Of a stretch of DNA of 36,240 bases, positions 8,651 to 17,390 are shown piece by piece. This stretch comes from Bacteroidales bacterium. Lineage in GTDB: Bacteria > Bacteroidota > Bacteroidia > Bacteroidales > VadinHA17. Every line of letters begins with the position of its first letter. Position 1 is the first letter of the stretch. The stretch spans positions 1 to 36,240 of the forward strand of contig DAIDJT010000002.1 in assembly GCA_027451265.1 (NCBI GenBank), in the 5' to 3' direction. The notes under the pieces were generated by a model that had not been told where the DNA came from, ran no database searches, and saw nothing but the letters and a program-made list of their open reading frames with translations. The position numbers and the translations under genes are program-made.

Positions 8651-11466
8651 GCGTGCTTATGGTACCTGTCAATTACCCTTCTGAGCTCTTCAACCGTGAC
8701 TGGTTTTGCAAGGAGTTCCTTCATGCCGCTCTGTTCGGTCCTTAACCTGGTCTCCGGCATATTGTCTGCAGAAAGAGCCACTATCTGACAAGAGGGGTTA
8801 AACCCGAAAATGATCCTGGCTGCCTCAAAGCCGTCAATCTCAGGCATAATAAGATCCATAAGAATTAAATCATAGGATTTCTCCCGCGCCATATCAACAG
8901 CTTCCGCACCTCCGGCAGCGTACTCTGCCACCACTCCAAGGACTTTAAGAAGAGAGCCCACAACCTTCCTGTTCAGGTAGTTGTCATCAACCACCAGGAC
9001 AACGGGGACATCGGATTTGTCAGAGTTAAGCCGGGCCGACTGTTCCTTCAGCGAGGGGAAATGCTCCCTCAGTACCGACATCAAATCCTCGGTGGCAAAC
9101 GGTTTTACAAGCAGATGGTCAATGCCGAGGTCGACGCATCTTGCATAGTGCCCCTTGGGATCCCTGGAGGTGAACATCATTACAATATGTTCCGACGTGA
9201 GGCCTTCATCCAGGAGAGTTCTGGCGGCCACAAACCCGTCATTATCAGGCTCGTCAAAGAGTACCAGCAGGATATTTCTTGCCTGACCACTTTTAAGGCC
9301 GGCCTTTATCTGCGAGGCTGTATGCTTCTGGAAGCTGGTCACGGAGACTGGCAGACCTACCTTGTGCATGATGCTGAGGAAGTCGTCATCACGGCCGTGC
9401 GGGCCGGTAATCACCAGTGTCCGGATATCTGCCGGGTCAGAGTATCTGCCCAGGTCTATGTTCTTGGATATCTTTTCATTGAGATGAACCCTGACGGTGA
9501 ACGTAACCTTCAGTCCCTTCTCATGGCCCGAGGCATCCTTCACTGCCGGGCTCTCAGCCTTCAGCTCTCCCCCCATCAATTCAGTGAGCTGCCGTGCCAG
9601 TACGGGGCCGAGCTTCAGGTCCTCAGCCCAGTCAGAGCGTTCGCTGAGGGCAGTGATGTAATCACCGAACAGTCTCTTGATCTCCGCCCGGGTGTAGGTA
9701 TTGCCCGTATCGGTGAGTGTGAATTCAAGAATGAAACTGTTGCCTTCTGATTTCGTGACACGACAGCTGAGCCTTATTGATCCTGACTGGGTGCCAGCTA
9801 CGGAGTTGGTCATGAGGTTGGTGATCACCTGCCTCAACCTGTACGGATCACCAATGATATTTTCCGGTACTGCCTGTTCAATGTCTGATTCAATTTTGAC
9901 TGGAGATTCCGGGTTCTGGCGTCTGATGAGGTTGACACAGTAAGCCACCTCGTCACGGAGCCTGAAGGGAATCTCATCCAGGATCATTTTTCCGGTTTCC
10001 ACTTTTGAAACGTCGAAGATGTCATTGATGATGGTGAGAAGCAGGTCAGCCGACCGTCTCAACAGCCTTGCAACCTCCTTTGAGTCTTCAGGAAGGTCAG
10101 ACCTGTTGAGCATCTCCGTCATTCCGAGTATCCCGTTCAACGGGGTGCGTATCTCGAAGCTCATCCTTGCAAGCATCTCCGACTTGGCGACGTTTGCGTC
10201 TGCCTCCTGACGGCGTGCAAGCTCAAGTGAGGTGATATCAATAAGAGCATCCATCGTGCTGCTGACACCCTCATATGTGACTGGGATGCTGTTGAGGAAA
10301 ATAATCCTCTCCCCGCCGGGGGCCGGGAGTCTGATCACCTTCCCCTGTCCCAGCTGACCGGCAATATCGCTGATATATTCATTCCGTGAGAGATCAGGCA
10401 TGAGCTTCCCATTCATGGAGGCTTCGTCTTCAAAGCCAAAGAGGGTGGCTGATTGCCTGTTGGCCCTCAGGATCTCCCTCCCCTGGTTATATATGATGAA
10501 CCCAACGGGCATCTGGTCAAGAAGAGAGAGAAGGCTTTCCTCCGAGGAAGTCTTTATATTCAGCGTTTGCGACTGTTTTTTCAGGAACCTCCTGAAAAGC
10601 AAAATGATAAAGAGTATGGTCAGCATGGTGACCATGCCCAGTATTAAAGAGTTCCTTACAATGAATTTTTGAAAGAATTCAGTATGTGCCGAGAATACAA
10701 GTCCGAAGTCAAGACCAAACAGGTTTACAGGATAATATGATGAGAGTATCTCCTGCACTTCGCCGCCGGCGACTCTCATTGTATGGGCCAGCCTTCCCGA
10801 ATTGCCCATTTCAAGAGCTCCGACTATGCGGTCAGTATTCAGATAGCTTATCTCTTTGCCGCTATTGTCAAATATGACCGTACCGGAGTCACTGATCACC
10901 CATTGCCATTGGTACTGCTCGAGGTTGTACTTTGCAAAAATGCCGGAGAAATAACGCCTGAAGTCGATGGTTATCACCATGTTGCCCAACACTTTTCCAT
11001 CCTTGAGAACCGGGAGGTAATACCTGTACCTGTCACGATCAGTCTCAAGCTTCTCCACTGTGTGGATAACGGGCACGCTCTGAGCCCTGTATGATCCGTC
11101 AAGCCATGAGTTCCGCTCTTCGTCCTTGAAGAGGGTATATACATAGCCGTCAGTGTTGTATAACATGAGCCCGACAATTATGTCCCCGTACTTGGAATAG
11201 TAGAGCTTCATTTTTTCCTTTGCCCGTTCATTGACCTCCGGGTCGGAAAAGAAGAGAGTTATATCATCGGAAAAATCAATTTCAGTCAGGTCGCTGACAA
11301 TGTACATACTTGTATTGTCAATGTCAGAGCCTGCTATCATTACCTGCCTGTCAAGCAGTTTGTTTGAATATTCAATCTGGTTTCTGTACAGACTGAAATA
11401 AAAAAGCGCTGTAACCAGCATCAGGAGCATAAAAGCGCCGTATGCTGCAATGAAGGTTCTTCTCAT
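8647..11466 (-). CDS. hybrid sensor histidine kinase/response-regulator-like protein with degenerate kinase core
   Basis: Architecture is TM, ~250-aa Cache-like periplasmic region, TM, PAS-like region, HisKA-like helix (MSFEIRTPLNGILG), HATPase-like region (NLMTNSV, DTGNTY), a degenerate receiver, then a canonical receiver (VLVVDDN, LILMDLIMPEIDG, LSA, KP). Confidence 0.85.
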   Translation of the reverse strand: MRRTFIAAYGAFMLLMLVTALFYFSLYRNQIEYSNKLLDRQVMIAGSDIDNTSMYIVSDLTEIDFSDDITLFFSDPEVNERAKEKMKLYYSKYGDIIVGLMLYNTDGYVYTLFKDEERNSWLDGSYRAQSVPVIHTVEKLETDRDRYRYYLPVLKDGKVLGNMVITIDFRRYFSGIFAKYNLEQYQWQWVISDSGTVIFDNSGKEISYLNTDRIVGALEMGNSGRLAHTMRVAGGEVQEILSSYYPVNLFGLDFGLVFSAHTEFFQKFIVRNSLILGMVTMLTILFIILLFRRFLKKQSQTLNIKTSSEESLLSLLDQMPVGFIIYNQGREILRANRQSATLFGFEDEASMNGKLMPDLSRNEYISDIAGQLGQGKVIRLPAPGGERIIFLNSIPVTYEGVSSTMDALIDITSLELARRQEADANVAKSEMLARMSFEIRTPLNGILGMTEMLNRSDLPEDSKEVARLLRRSADLLLTIINDIFDVSKVETGKMILDEIPFRLRDEVAYCVNLIRRQNPESPVKIESDIEQAVPENIIGDPYRLRQVITNLMTNSVAGTQSGSIRLSCRVTKSEGNSFILEFTLTDTGNTYTRAEIKRLFGDYITALSERSDWAEDLKLGPVLARQLTELMGGELKAESPAVKDASGHEKGLKVTFTVRVHLNEKISKNIDLGRYSDPADIRTLVITGPHGRDDDFLSIMHKVGLPVSVTSFQKHTASQIKAGLKSGQARNILLVLFDEPDNDGFVAARTLLDEGLTSEHIVMMFTSRDPKGHYARCVDLGIDHLLVKPFATEDLMSVLREHFPSLKEQSARLNSDKSDVPVVLVVDDNYLNRKVVGSLLKVLGVVAEYAAGGAEAVDMAREKSYDLILMDLIMPEIDGFEAARIIFGFNPSCQIVALSADNMPETRLRTEQSGMKELLAKPVTVEELRRVIDRYHKHA

Positions 11467-11493
11467 CGGTTCTGTATCCCGTAAGGATAACGC

Positions 11494-12417
11494 TTATCTG
11501 TACTTTTCATTGTCCTCGAGCAGCATGCTGATATAGCTTCTGTACCGCCAGGGTTCAATTTCATTCCGGGCCACGGCATCCCTGACGGCACAACCCGGCT
11601 CATCCAGGTGAAGGCAATTGTGAAACCTGCATCCTGAAGAGATCCGGAAAATTTCAGGGAAAAAGTGATAAATCTCGCTCCTGTCGAAATCAATGACGCC
11701 GAATCCCCTGATGCCCGGGGTGTCAATGACATAACCTCCTCCAGGCATAGGGTGCATTTCCGGAAATGTGGTGATGTGCCTGCCCTGTTCGTGATATTCG
11801 GAAATCGGACCGGTCTTAAGTGATAATTCAGGGTTGAGCCTGTTGATGAGAGTGCTCTTTCCAACGCCCGAATTGCCGGAGACGAGTGTTGTCTTGTGTC
11901 GCAGGGCTTCCCCGACAGCTGTAAGACTCTCGTCTTCAGTCACTGAAATCATCATTACCCGGTAACCTGTTTTTTCATAAACATCCCTGATATGAAAAGC
12001 CCGGGTCATTTCCTCCGGCCCGCAGAGGTCAATCTTGTTTATTACAATCACAACGGGTATGCGGTAAGCCTCGGCAGTAGCCAGGAACCTGTCAATGAAT
12101 TCAACAGGAGTAGCCGGCATCTTCACTGTCACCATGAGGAAGGCCTGGTCAATGTTGGCGGCAATTATCTGCGACTCACGCGACAGATTGGAGGACCTTC
12201 GTATAATGTAGTTCCGCCTTGGCTCAAGGGCTACAATGACGCCTTCACTGACATCAATGGTCACATGGTCGCCTACGGCCACGGGGTTGGTGGTGCGGAC
12301 GCCGCTGACCCTGAAACGGCCACGGAGCATACACTCATGAATGGTCCCTTTCTCATCTGCCACCCTGTACCGGCTGCCGGTCGATTTGACCACTATACCC
12401 TGCTTCAGTCCCTTCAT
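11494..12417 (-). CDS. rsgA: ribosome small-subunit-dependent GTPase A
   Basis: N-terminal OB fold. Circularly permuted GTPase motifs VINKIDL ... GNSGVGKSTLIN ... DTPG. C-terminal zinc finger CRFHNCLHLDEPGCAV. Confidence 0.9.
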   Translation of the reverse strand: MKGLKQGIVVKSTGSRYRVADEKGTIHECMLRGRFRVSGVRTTNPVAVGDHVTIDVSEGVIVALEPRRNYIIRRSSNLSRESQIIAANIDQAFLMVTVKMPATPVEFIDRFLATAEAYRIPVVIVINKIDLCGPEEMTRAFHIRDVYEKTGYRVMMISVTEDESLTAVGEALRHKTTLVSGNSGVGKSTLINRLNPELSLKTGPISEYHEQGRHITTFPEMHPMPGGGYVIDTPGIRGFGVIDFDRSEIYHFFPEIFRISSGCRFHNCLHLDEPGCAVRDAVARNEIEPWRYRSYISMLLEDNEKYR

Positions 12418-12425
12418 TCTGCCGC

Positions 12426-12465
12426 AAAAATAAAAAAGTGATGCCTCACGTTGCCGGGCATCACT
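12426..12465 (-). terminator. rho-independent terminator after the phosphofructokinase gene
   Basis: On the minus strand a 9-bp stem AGTGATGCC / GGCATCACT (12465..12437) with an 11-nt loop is followed by TTTTTTATTTTTG. Confidence 0.7.
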
Positions 12466-12493
12466 CTTTTTATTGTCAGTTTTTCGGTTCTTT

Positions 12494-13699
12494 TCAATAT
12501 TCGGCAGCCATCAGGAAGAACGGCTTCATCTCGAAGTTGGAGTAGTAAGGCCTGAGCCTTTCGATGTTGTAATACTCGGAAACCTTCACAATCTTTTTGG
12601 AGGAGGTAACAACATCAATGGGCACGTTGTCATAGCGTCCGTTCTTGAGTACCACCACCCTGCCGTGAATGCCCTTCATTATCAGGTCAAGAGCCAGGTT
12701 GCCAAATGCCATCGGAACTATCGAGTCAACAGCGTCAGGGTCACCGCCCCTGACCATGTAACCAAGCTTCTGGTTGATGATATTTATGGTTTTGCCGTTG
12801 TTGAATTTGGCAGAATGCTCTTTTATTTCAGCCGAAACAAGATCTCCGATACCGCCAAGTTTAGCATGTCCGTAGGCATCGCGCTCACTGTCCTGGAAGA
12901 TCATGTCACCGCCTTTGTACAGGGCACCCTCTGAAACAAGCACTATTGAATAGCGGCTGGGGTTTGAGTTGCGGTCTTCCACCAGGAGTTTTGTAAGCAG
13001 TTCGATATCAAATTTGTATTCGGGGATGACGCACCTGTTTGCTGCCCCGGCCATGGTGGGAAGCATGGCTGTGAAACCGGCATACCTTCCGAACACCTCT
13101 AGCACCATGATGCGCTCATGTGACCCGGCCGAGGTGCGCAGTGAGTTGGTCATCTGTATGGTACGTGTGACGCACGTGCTGAACCCGATGCAATAGTCAG
13201 TTCCCGGGACGTCGTTGTCCATCGTCTTGGGAATGGCCACCACCTTAACTCCCTGCTTGTAGAGATGCACTCCGTAGCTTAACGTGTCATCACCACCAAT
13301 GGGGATAAGGTAGTCAATGCCCAGCCATTCGAGGTTCTTAAGCACCTCGGGGGTAAGGTCATTCATTTCATCCTTGTAGGTATCCTTCAGATGGTCCGGT
13401 ACATAGTTCTTTGCCACATGGCTTGGCCTCGTGCGAGACGTATGAAGAAAAGTTCCTCCTGTCCTTCCGGCCCTGTTCACCATGTCATCGGTCAGGATCT
13501 GGAAACACTGGCTGTTGTCAGCCTTCGGGTCCCTGACTATCTCAATGATACCGCCCCAGCCCCTGCGCAGCCCTATCACCTTATACCCTTCCCTGTTGGC
13601 CCTGATGGTAACGGCCCTGATTGCGGGGTTCAGACCGGGAACGTCACCTCCTCCCGTCAGGATTCCAATTACTCCTTTGATTTTCTTCTGATTTACCAT
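12494..13699 (-). CDS. pfp: 6-phosphofructokinase family, with signature residues of the pyrophosphate-dependent type
   Basis: GILTGGGDVPGLN, IGGDDTL (GGDD rather than GGDG), PKTMDNDV (Lys rather than Gly), MVRGG. The start is set at ATG 13699 (MVNQKKIKGVIGILTGGG). The ORF is open up to 13762, but that extension has no family counterpart. Confidence 0.85.
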   Translation of the reverse strand: MVNQKKIKGVIGILTGGGDVPGLNPAIRAVTIRANREGYKVIGLRRGWGGIIEIVRDPKADNSQCFQILTDDMVNRAGRTGGTFLHTSRTRPSHVAKNYVPDHLKDTYKDEMNDLTPEVLKNLEWLGIDYLIPIGGDDTLSYGVHLYKQGVKVVAIPKTMDNDVPGTDYCIGFSTCVTRTIQMTNSLRTSAGSHERIMVLEVFGRYAGFTAMLPTMAGAANRCVIPEYKFDIELLTKLLVEDRNSNPSRYSIVLVSEGALYKGGDMIFQDSERDAYGHAKLGGIGDLVSAEIKEHSAKFNNGKTINIINQKLGYMVRGGDPDAVDSIVPMAFGNLALDLIMKGIHGRVVVLKNGRYDNVPIDVVTSSKKIVKVSEYYNIERLRPYYSNFEMKPFFLMAAEY

Positions 13700-13799
13700 T
13701 GTAAATGATGTGTTTGAAACTACTTTAATGCAGGCGGTAAAAGTAGGATATTTCAAAATCATATCAAAAAAGTTATCTGAACCTCCTGAGTATTTTTAA

Positions 13800-13807
13800 T
13801 ATTTTTG
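13800..13807 (+). promoter_or_regulatory. candidate -7 promoter element TATTTTTG
   Basis: Exact TAnnTTTG with 12 nt before the ATG at 13820, inside an AT-rich divergent intergenic region. Confidence 0.35.
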
Positions 13808-13819
13808 ACAAAAAAGTAA

Positions 13820-14242
13820 ATGAATAAAAAAGACAGGGCTCTTGGTTACTTCCGGGAGGGTTACAACTGTTCCCAGTCGGTGCTTATGGCCTGTTCCGGT
13901 GAGGGCGGCGGGGCAGCCAGGGTGGCAGCGGCATTCGGCGGCGGCATGGGAAGGCTGCAGAAGACCTGCGGTGCAGTGACCGGCGCTTACCTGTGGTTCG
14001 GTATGGCATACGGCGTTTCCGGGCTGCCTTCTGAAAGCGACAAGACAAGGGTGTACAACCGGGTCAGGGAGTTCAACAGGATCTTTATCGAACGGAACGG
14101 AACGGACCAGTGTTCGGAACTGCTCGGAGAAGACCTCAACACCCCGGTGGGGAAAGAAAATATTGCAAGGATGGGACTCTCCGGAAAAGTGTGCGAGAAA
14201 TGCATCCTCGATGCCATTGAGATCATTGAATCACTTGAATAA
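13820..14242 (+). CDS. C_GCAxxG_C_C family protein (Cys form)
   Basis: 140 aa with GYNCSQSVL, TCGAVTGA and a C-terminal C-x2-C (VCEKC), in the spacing typical of this family. Confidence 0.75.
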   Translation: MNKKDRALGYFREGYNCSQSVLMACSGEGGGAARVAAAFGGGMGRLQKTCGAVTGAYLWFGMAYGVSGLPSESDKTRVYNRVREFNRIFIERNGTDQCSELLGEDLNTPVGKENIARMGLSGKVCEKCILDAIEIIESLE

Positions 14243-14245
14243 GCC

Positions 14246-15148
14246 ATGCACAGGGTGGTGATTACCGGTGGAACCGGACTGATAGGCTCATACCTGAGCA
14301 CCATCCTGGCATCGGAAGGATGGCATGTGGTCCATCTTACCCGCAGCGGGAAAAAGAGAGGCAGGTACGAGTCATACCGGTGGGATCCTGACAATGGTTA
14401 CTGTGACAGGGAGGCCTTCAGGGAAGGAGATGCAATCATTCATCTTGCTGCATCAAACATAGGTGCAGGCAGGTGGAACGAGGCGAGGAAGAGGGAGATC
14501 ATCCGCAGCCGCACGGTGACGGGGCAGCTGATCAACCGAATGACTCTCGGTGCGGGGATAATGCCTTCAGTGTACATCACCGCCTCAGGAGTTAACTATT
14601 ACGGTACAGAGATCTCGGAAAAGATATTTTCCGAATCTGATCCGCCTGCCGGTGATTTTCTCGGCGAGACCTGCCGTCTCTGGGAAGCAGCAGCTGACCC
14701 TTTCTCCGGGAAAGGGGTCAGGGTGGTCAGGCTGCGGACGGCAGTGGTGCTTGCCCGTTCCGGATCAGCCCTGAACAGGATGACGGCACCGGCCAGGGCG
14801 GGCCTGGTGGTGAGGCTGGCACCCGGCAACCAGTATTTCCCATGGATACACATAGCCGACCTCTGCGGCATCTACAACAAAGCCCTGGCTGACAGCACTA
14901 TGTCAGGAGCCTTCAATGCCGTTGCCCCGCATCATGTCACACATGACCAGCTGATGAACGAGGTGGCCCGGCAAAAGCACCTTCCGGTCTTCCTGCCGCA
15001 TGTGCCCGTATGGCTCCTCCGTGCAGTGTTTGGTGAGATGGCCGTCATACTGACAGCGGGAAGCAGGATATCATCTGACCGCCTGTCGGCAGCGGGATTC
15101 AGGTTCAGGTATCCTGACATTTCATCAGCACTGAGAGCCTGCCTGTAA
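14246..15148 (+). CDS. TIGR01777-type NAD-dependent epimerase/dehydratase family protein (YfcH-like, DUF1731 C-terminus)
   Basis: N-terminal Rossmann motif VVITGGTGLIGSYL, ~300 aa, C-terminal RISSDRLSAAGFRFRYPDI typical of the family. Confidence 0.8.
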   Translation: MHRVVITGGTGLIGSYLSTILASEGWHVVHLTRSGKKRGRYESYRWDPDNGYCDREAFREGDAIIHLAASNIGAGRWNEARKREIIRSRTVTGQLINRMTLGAGIMPSVYITASGVNYYGTEISEKIFSESDPPAGDFLGETCRLWEAAADPFSGKGVRVVRLRTAVVLARSGSALNRMTAPARAGLVVRLAPGNQYFPWIHIADLCGIYNKALADSTMSGAFNAVAPHHVTHDQLMNEVARQKHLPVFLPHVPVWLLRAVFGEMAVILTAGSRISSDRLSAAGFRFRYPDISSALRACL

Positions 15149-15165
15149 TGCGGCATCAAAAATGA

Positions 15166-15900
15166 TCATCCGCGCCTCGAAATCACCTCAAGCTTGTTCA
15201 TGTCAGTGATTTCGATGGTGCGGCCGTTGGCCCTGATAATGCCGTCACGCCTGAATTCGGAAAAGGTCCGTATGACGTTGGCGGAACTCATGCTGATGAG
15301 ATCGGCAATCTCCTTCCTTGATACAGGAAGTTCGAATATCCTTGAGTGATATATTTCGTTTGAAAAGTAAAGCAGCACGAACGCTGTGCGGCCGGCCAGG
15401 TTCCTCCTCCTGATCTCCAGGGTGAGCGAAATGATTCCCTCCGCAGTCTTTGAAAGAGATTTGATCAGGTTAAGTGCGAACTTCCCGTTTTTAAGAATAA
15501 GGTCCTTTATGATTTCAATGCGGATGCAGCACACAACTGAATCTTCAAGCGCCGAAAGAGAGTACCTGTAAGTGTCTCCATAAAAGACATTTGTGTTGCT
15601 GACAAACTCGAACGGGCGGGTAATTGTAATGATCTGCTCATCGCCTTCCGGAGTTACATTGTAAAGCTTGACGAGTCCGCTCCTCAGGTACTTGAAAGCA
15701 CGTATGGGATCCCCCGCCCCGTGAATGATCTCGCCCTTGGAATAGGAGATCTCTTCCTTTGTTTCACAGATCTGCTCAACATCTTCCTCATCCAGGTTTG
15801 TAAAAACAAGGTTCCTGAGCTCACAGGACAGACAGCTGCATCTCTTTTTCGGAATATTTACTGATACAATCATTAATCTTACAAATTTAGAACAATCCAT
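15166..15900 (-). CDS. Crp/Fnr family transcriptional regulator with an FNR-like cysteine arrangement
   Basis: cNMP-binding-like beta-roll (GEIIHGAGDPIRAFKYLRSGLVKLY) and C-terminal HTH (VSRKEIADLISMSSANVIRTFSEFRRDGII). N-terminal CSCLSC plus CC at residues 124/125. An alternative ATG start lies at 15873. Confidence 0.8.
   Translation of the reverse strand: MDCSKFVRLMIVSVNIPKKRCSCLSCELRNLVFTNLDEEDVEQICETKEEISYSKGEIIHGAGDPIRAFKYLRSGLVKLYNVTPEGDEQIITITRPFEFVSNTNVFYGDTYRYSLSALEDSVVCCIRIEIIKDLILKNGKFALNLIKSLSKTAEGIISLTLEIRRRNLAGRTAFVLLYFSNEIYHSRIFELPVSRKEIADLISMSSANVIRTFSEFRRDGIIRANGRTIEITDMNKLEVISRRG
15882..15889 (-). promoter_or_regulatory. candidate -7 promoter element TAAATTTG (minus strand) inside the long form of the crp-like ORF
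   Basis: Exact TAnnTTTG with 8 nt before the internal ATG at 15873. If functional, it favours the shorter start. Confidence 0.25.
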
Positions 15901-15922
15901 GACATTATTCGTTCACCTTTTA

Positions 15923-15930
15923 TATTTTTG
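15923..15930 (+). promoter_or_regulatory. candidate -7 promoter element TATTTTTG
   Basis: Exact TAnnTTTG with 32 nt before the ATG at 15963, in the divergent intergenic region. Confidence 0.35.
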
Positions 15931-15962
15931 AACAGCGACGCCCGACAGTCCGGCAATTAAAA

Positions 15963-16748
15963 ATGACCTACGGAACCGACTATCATCTGCACACCGTATA
16001 CAGTGACGGGAAGCGTGAGCCTGAGGCATACATAGAGGCTGCCCTAAGTCTGAAACTGAAGGAGATAGGTTTTTCTGACCATCTGAACCCGTCAGGTGGT
16101 GACCTTAAGTGGTGCATGGATCATGAAAAGCTTCCGGAGTATGCGGAACATATTCTCAGGCTGAAGAGAGAGCATAAGGACATTGCTGTCAGGCTGGGCC
16201 TGGAAGTAGATTACCTGCCCGGCAGGGAAAAGGAAACGGAAAGAATAATCAACTCCCTGCCGTTTGACTATATAATCGGCTCAGTACACTACCTGGGTGA
16301 TGAGACGGTAGACCTCGGCCCTGAATTCTATCTCGGAAAGGATATCGACGAGATTTACGAAAACTATTTCAACCTTGTTTGCGAGGCGGCATCCACCGGC
16401 TTCTTTGACATCATGGGGCACCCTGACCTGGTGCGTATTCACCGGTTCCGGCCGGAGGCCGATATCACGCACCTCTACGGCATGATGGCTTCGGCTTTTG
16501 CCATCCATGACGTTGCTTTTGAATTGAATACCAACGGTCGGAACAAACCGCTGCATGACTTTTATCCTGACAGGAAATACCTTCATCTTTTCGCAGAACA
16601 GGGAGTACCCGTCTGCGTAAATTCTGACGGACACTTCCCGGAGCGCACCGGACAATATTTCAGTGAAGCCTATGATCTTCTCAAAAGGGCAGGGTACAGG
16701 GAAATGGCAGTTTTTTCGGGCCGGGAACGGTATATGATCCCGTTTTAG
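15963..16748 (+). CDS. PHP-family histidinol-phosphatase-like protein (HisJ type)
   Basis: Metal-binding motifs DYHLHT, GFSDH, GSVHY, GHPD and NSDGH, in the PHP-domain order; ~260 aa. Confidence 0.8.
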   Translation: MTYGTDYHLHTVYSDGKREPEAYIEAALSLKLKEIGFSDHLNPSGGDLKWCMDHEKLPEYAEHILRLKREHKDIAVRLGLEVDYLPGREKETERIINSLPFDYIIGSVHYLGDETVDLGPEFYLGKDIDEIYENYFNLVCEAASTGFFDIMGHPDLVRIHRFRPEADITHLYGMMASAFAIHDVAFELNTNGRNKPLHDFYPDRKYLHLFAEQGVPVCVNSDGHFPERTGQYFSEAYDLLKRAGYREMAVFSGRERYMIPF

Positions 16749-16763
16749 AACAGATCCTGCCGG

Positions 16764-17330
16764 TCAGGAAACCGCAAGCAGGTGTTCCGCAAGAATCCTG
16801 ACGCCAATTGCGGCGAGTATTATGCCGCCCAGGATCTCAACCCTTGATCCGAGCCGGCTGCCGGCAGACTTGCCAATGCGTATGGCGGTCATTGACGCAA
16901 GGAAGGTAACTGTGCCAATCACAAGTCCGGCAGTCCATATCTGAACCTTCAGCAGTGCAAAACTGATTCCCACCGCAAAGGCATCTATGCTGGTGCCTAC
17001 TGCCATGGTCAGAACAACCGACAACCTGTTTATATCCAGTGGCTGCCGGTCGGCTTCCCCCTTCAGCCCGCCGATAATCATTCTTATACCCAGAATCATG
17101 AGCAGGATGAAGGCTATCCAGTGGTCATACCTGTTTATGTATACAGAAACGGTTGTTCCGAGGAAGAAGCCAAGCACCGTCAGCCCGCCCTGGAAAAAGG
17201 CAAGAATGAAAGCAATCCGCATTGCATTCCTGAAACGGATCTTCGACTCAACAACCCCGCACGAGAGCGAAACGGCAAAGCTGTCAAGTGAAAGGCCAAG
17301 GGCTATTGCTGTGATAGTTATCAGGTCCAT
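16764..17330 (-). CDS. mntP: manganese efflux pump MntP
   Basis: Six TM segments with the duplicated DSFAVS / DAFAVG motifs; 188 aa from ATG 17330 (MDLITITAIALGLSLDSFAV). The longer ORF to 17450 overlaps dtd and has no family counterpart. Confidence 0.85.
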   Translation of the reverse strand: MDLITITAIALGLSLDSFAVSLSCGVVESKIRFRNAMRIAFILAFFQGGLTVLGFFLGTTVSVYINRYDHWIAFILLMILGIRMIIGGLKGEADRQPLDINRLSVVLTMAVGTSIDAFAVGISFALLKVQIWTAGLVIGTVTFLASMTAIRIGKSAGSRLGSRVEILGGIILAAIGVRILAEHLLAVS

Positions 17331-17346
17331 GACTGAAGAATGAGCG

Positions 17347-17354
17347 CAAAAATA
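17347..17354 (-). promoter_or_regulatory. candidate -7 promoter element TATTTTTG (minus strand) for mntP
   Basis: Exact TAnnTTTG with 16 nt before the mntP ATG, in the 60-bp divergent mntP/dtd spacer. Confidence 0.3.
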
Positions 17355-17390
17355 GTAATATTTGCTATTTTTACCACCCTGTTTGACAGT

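Noticed and set aside
9061-9750. 229-aa plus-strand ORF, and several shorter ones, inside the hybrid kinase gene
   Set aside because: These are antisense to a well-supported 939-aa CDS with recognisable domain motifs. They have no motifs of their own and are typical shadow ORFs in moderately GC-rich DNA.
11463-11864. 133-aa minus-strand ORF overlapping the 3' third of rsgA in another frame
   Set aside because: rsgA motifs (zinc finger, DTPG) occupy the other frame over the same nucleotides. The alternative frame has no features and would need a 370-nt same-strand overlap.
12425-12432. TATTTTTG (minus strand) 7 nt upstream of the rsgA ATG as a promoter
   Set aside because: It is the T-tract of the pfp terminator and sits too close to the ATG unless the mRNA is leaderless. 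I cannot separate it from coincidence.
13820-14242. Selenocysteine (in-frame TGA) recoding, considered because selU and a (seleno)protein family are present
   Set aside because: The C_GCAxxG_C_C gene is uninterrupted with Cys at the motif positions. No pair of adjacent same-frame ORFs separated by a single TGA was seen anywhere in the window.
17331-17390. Possible yybP-ykoY manganese riboswitch upstream of mntP
   Set aside because: The whole divergent spacer is 60 bp, far shorter than that aptamer, and no four-way-junction-like pairing is visible.
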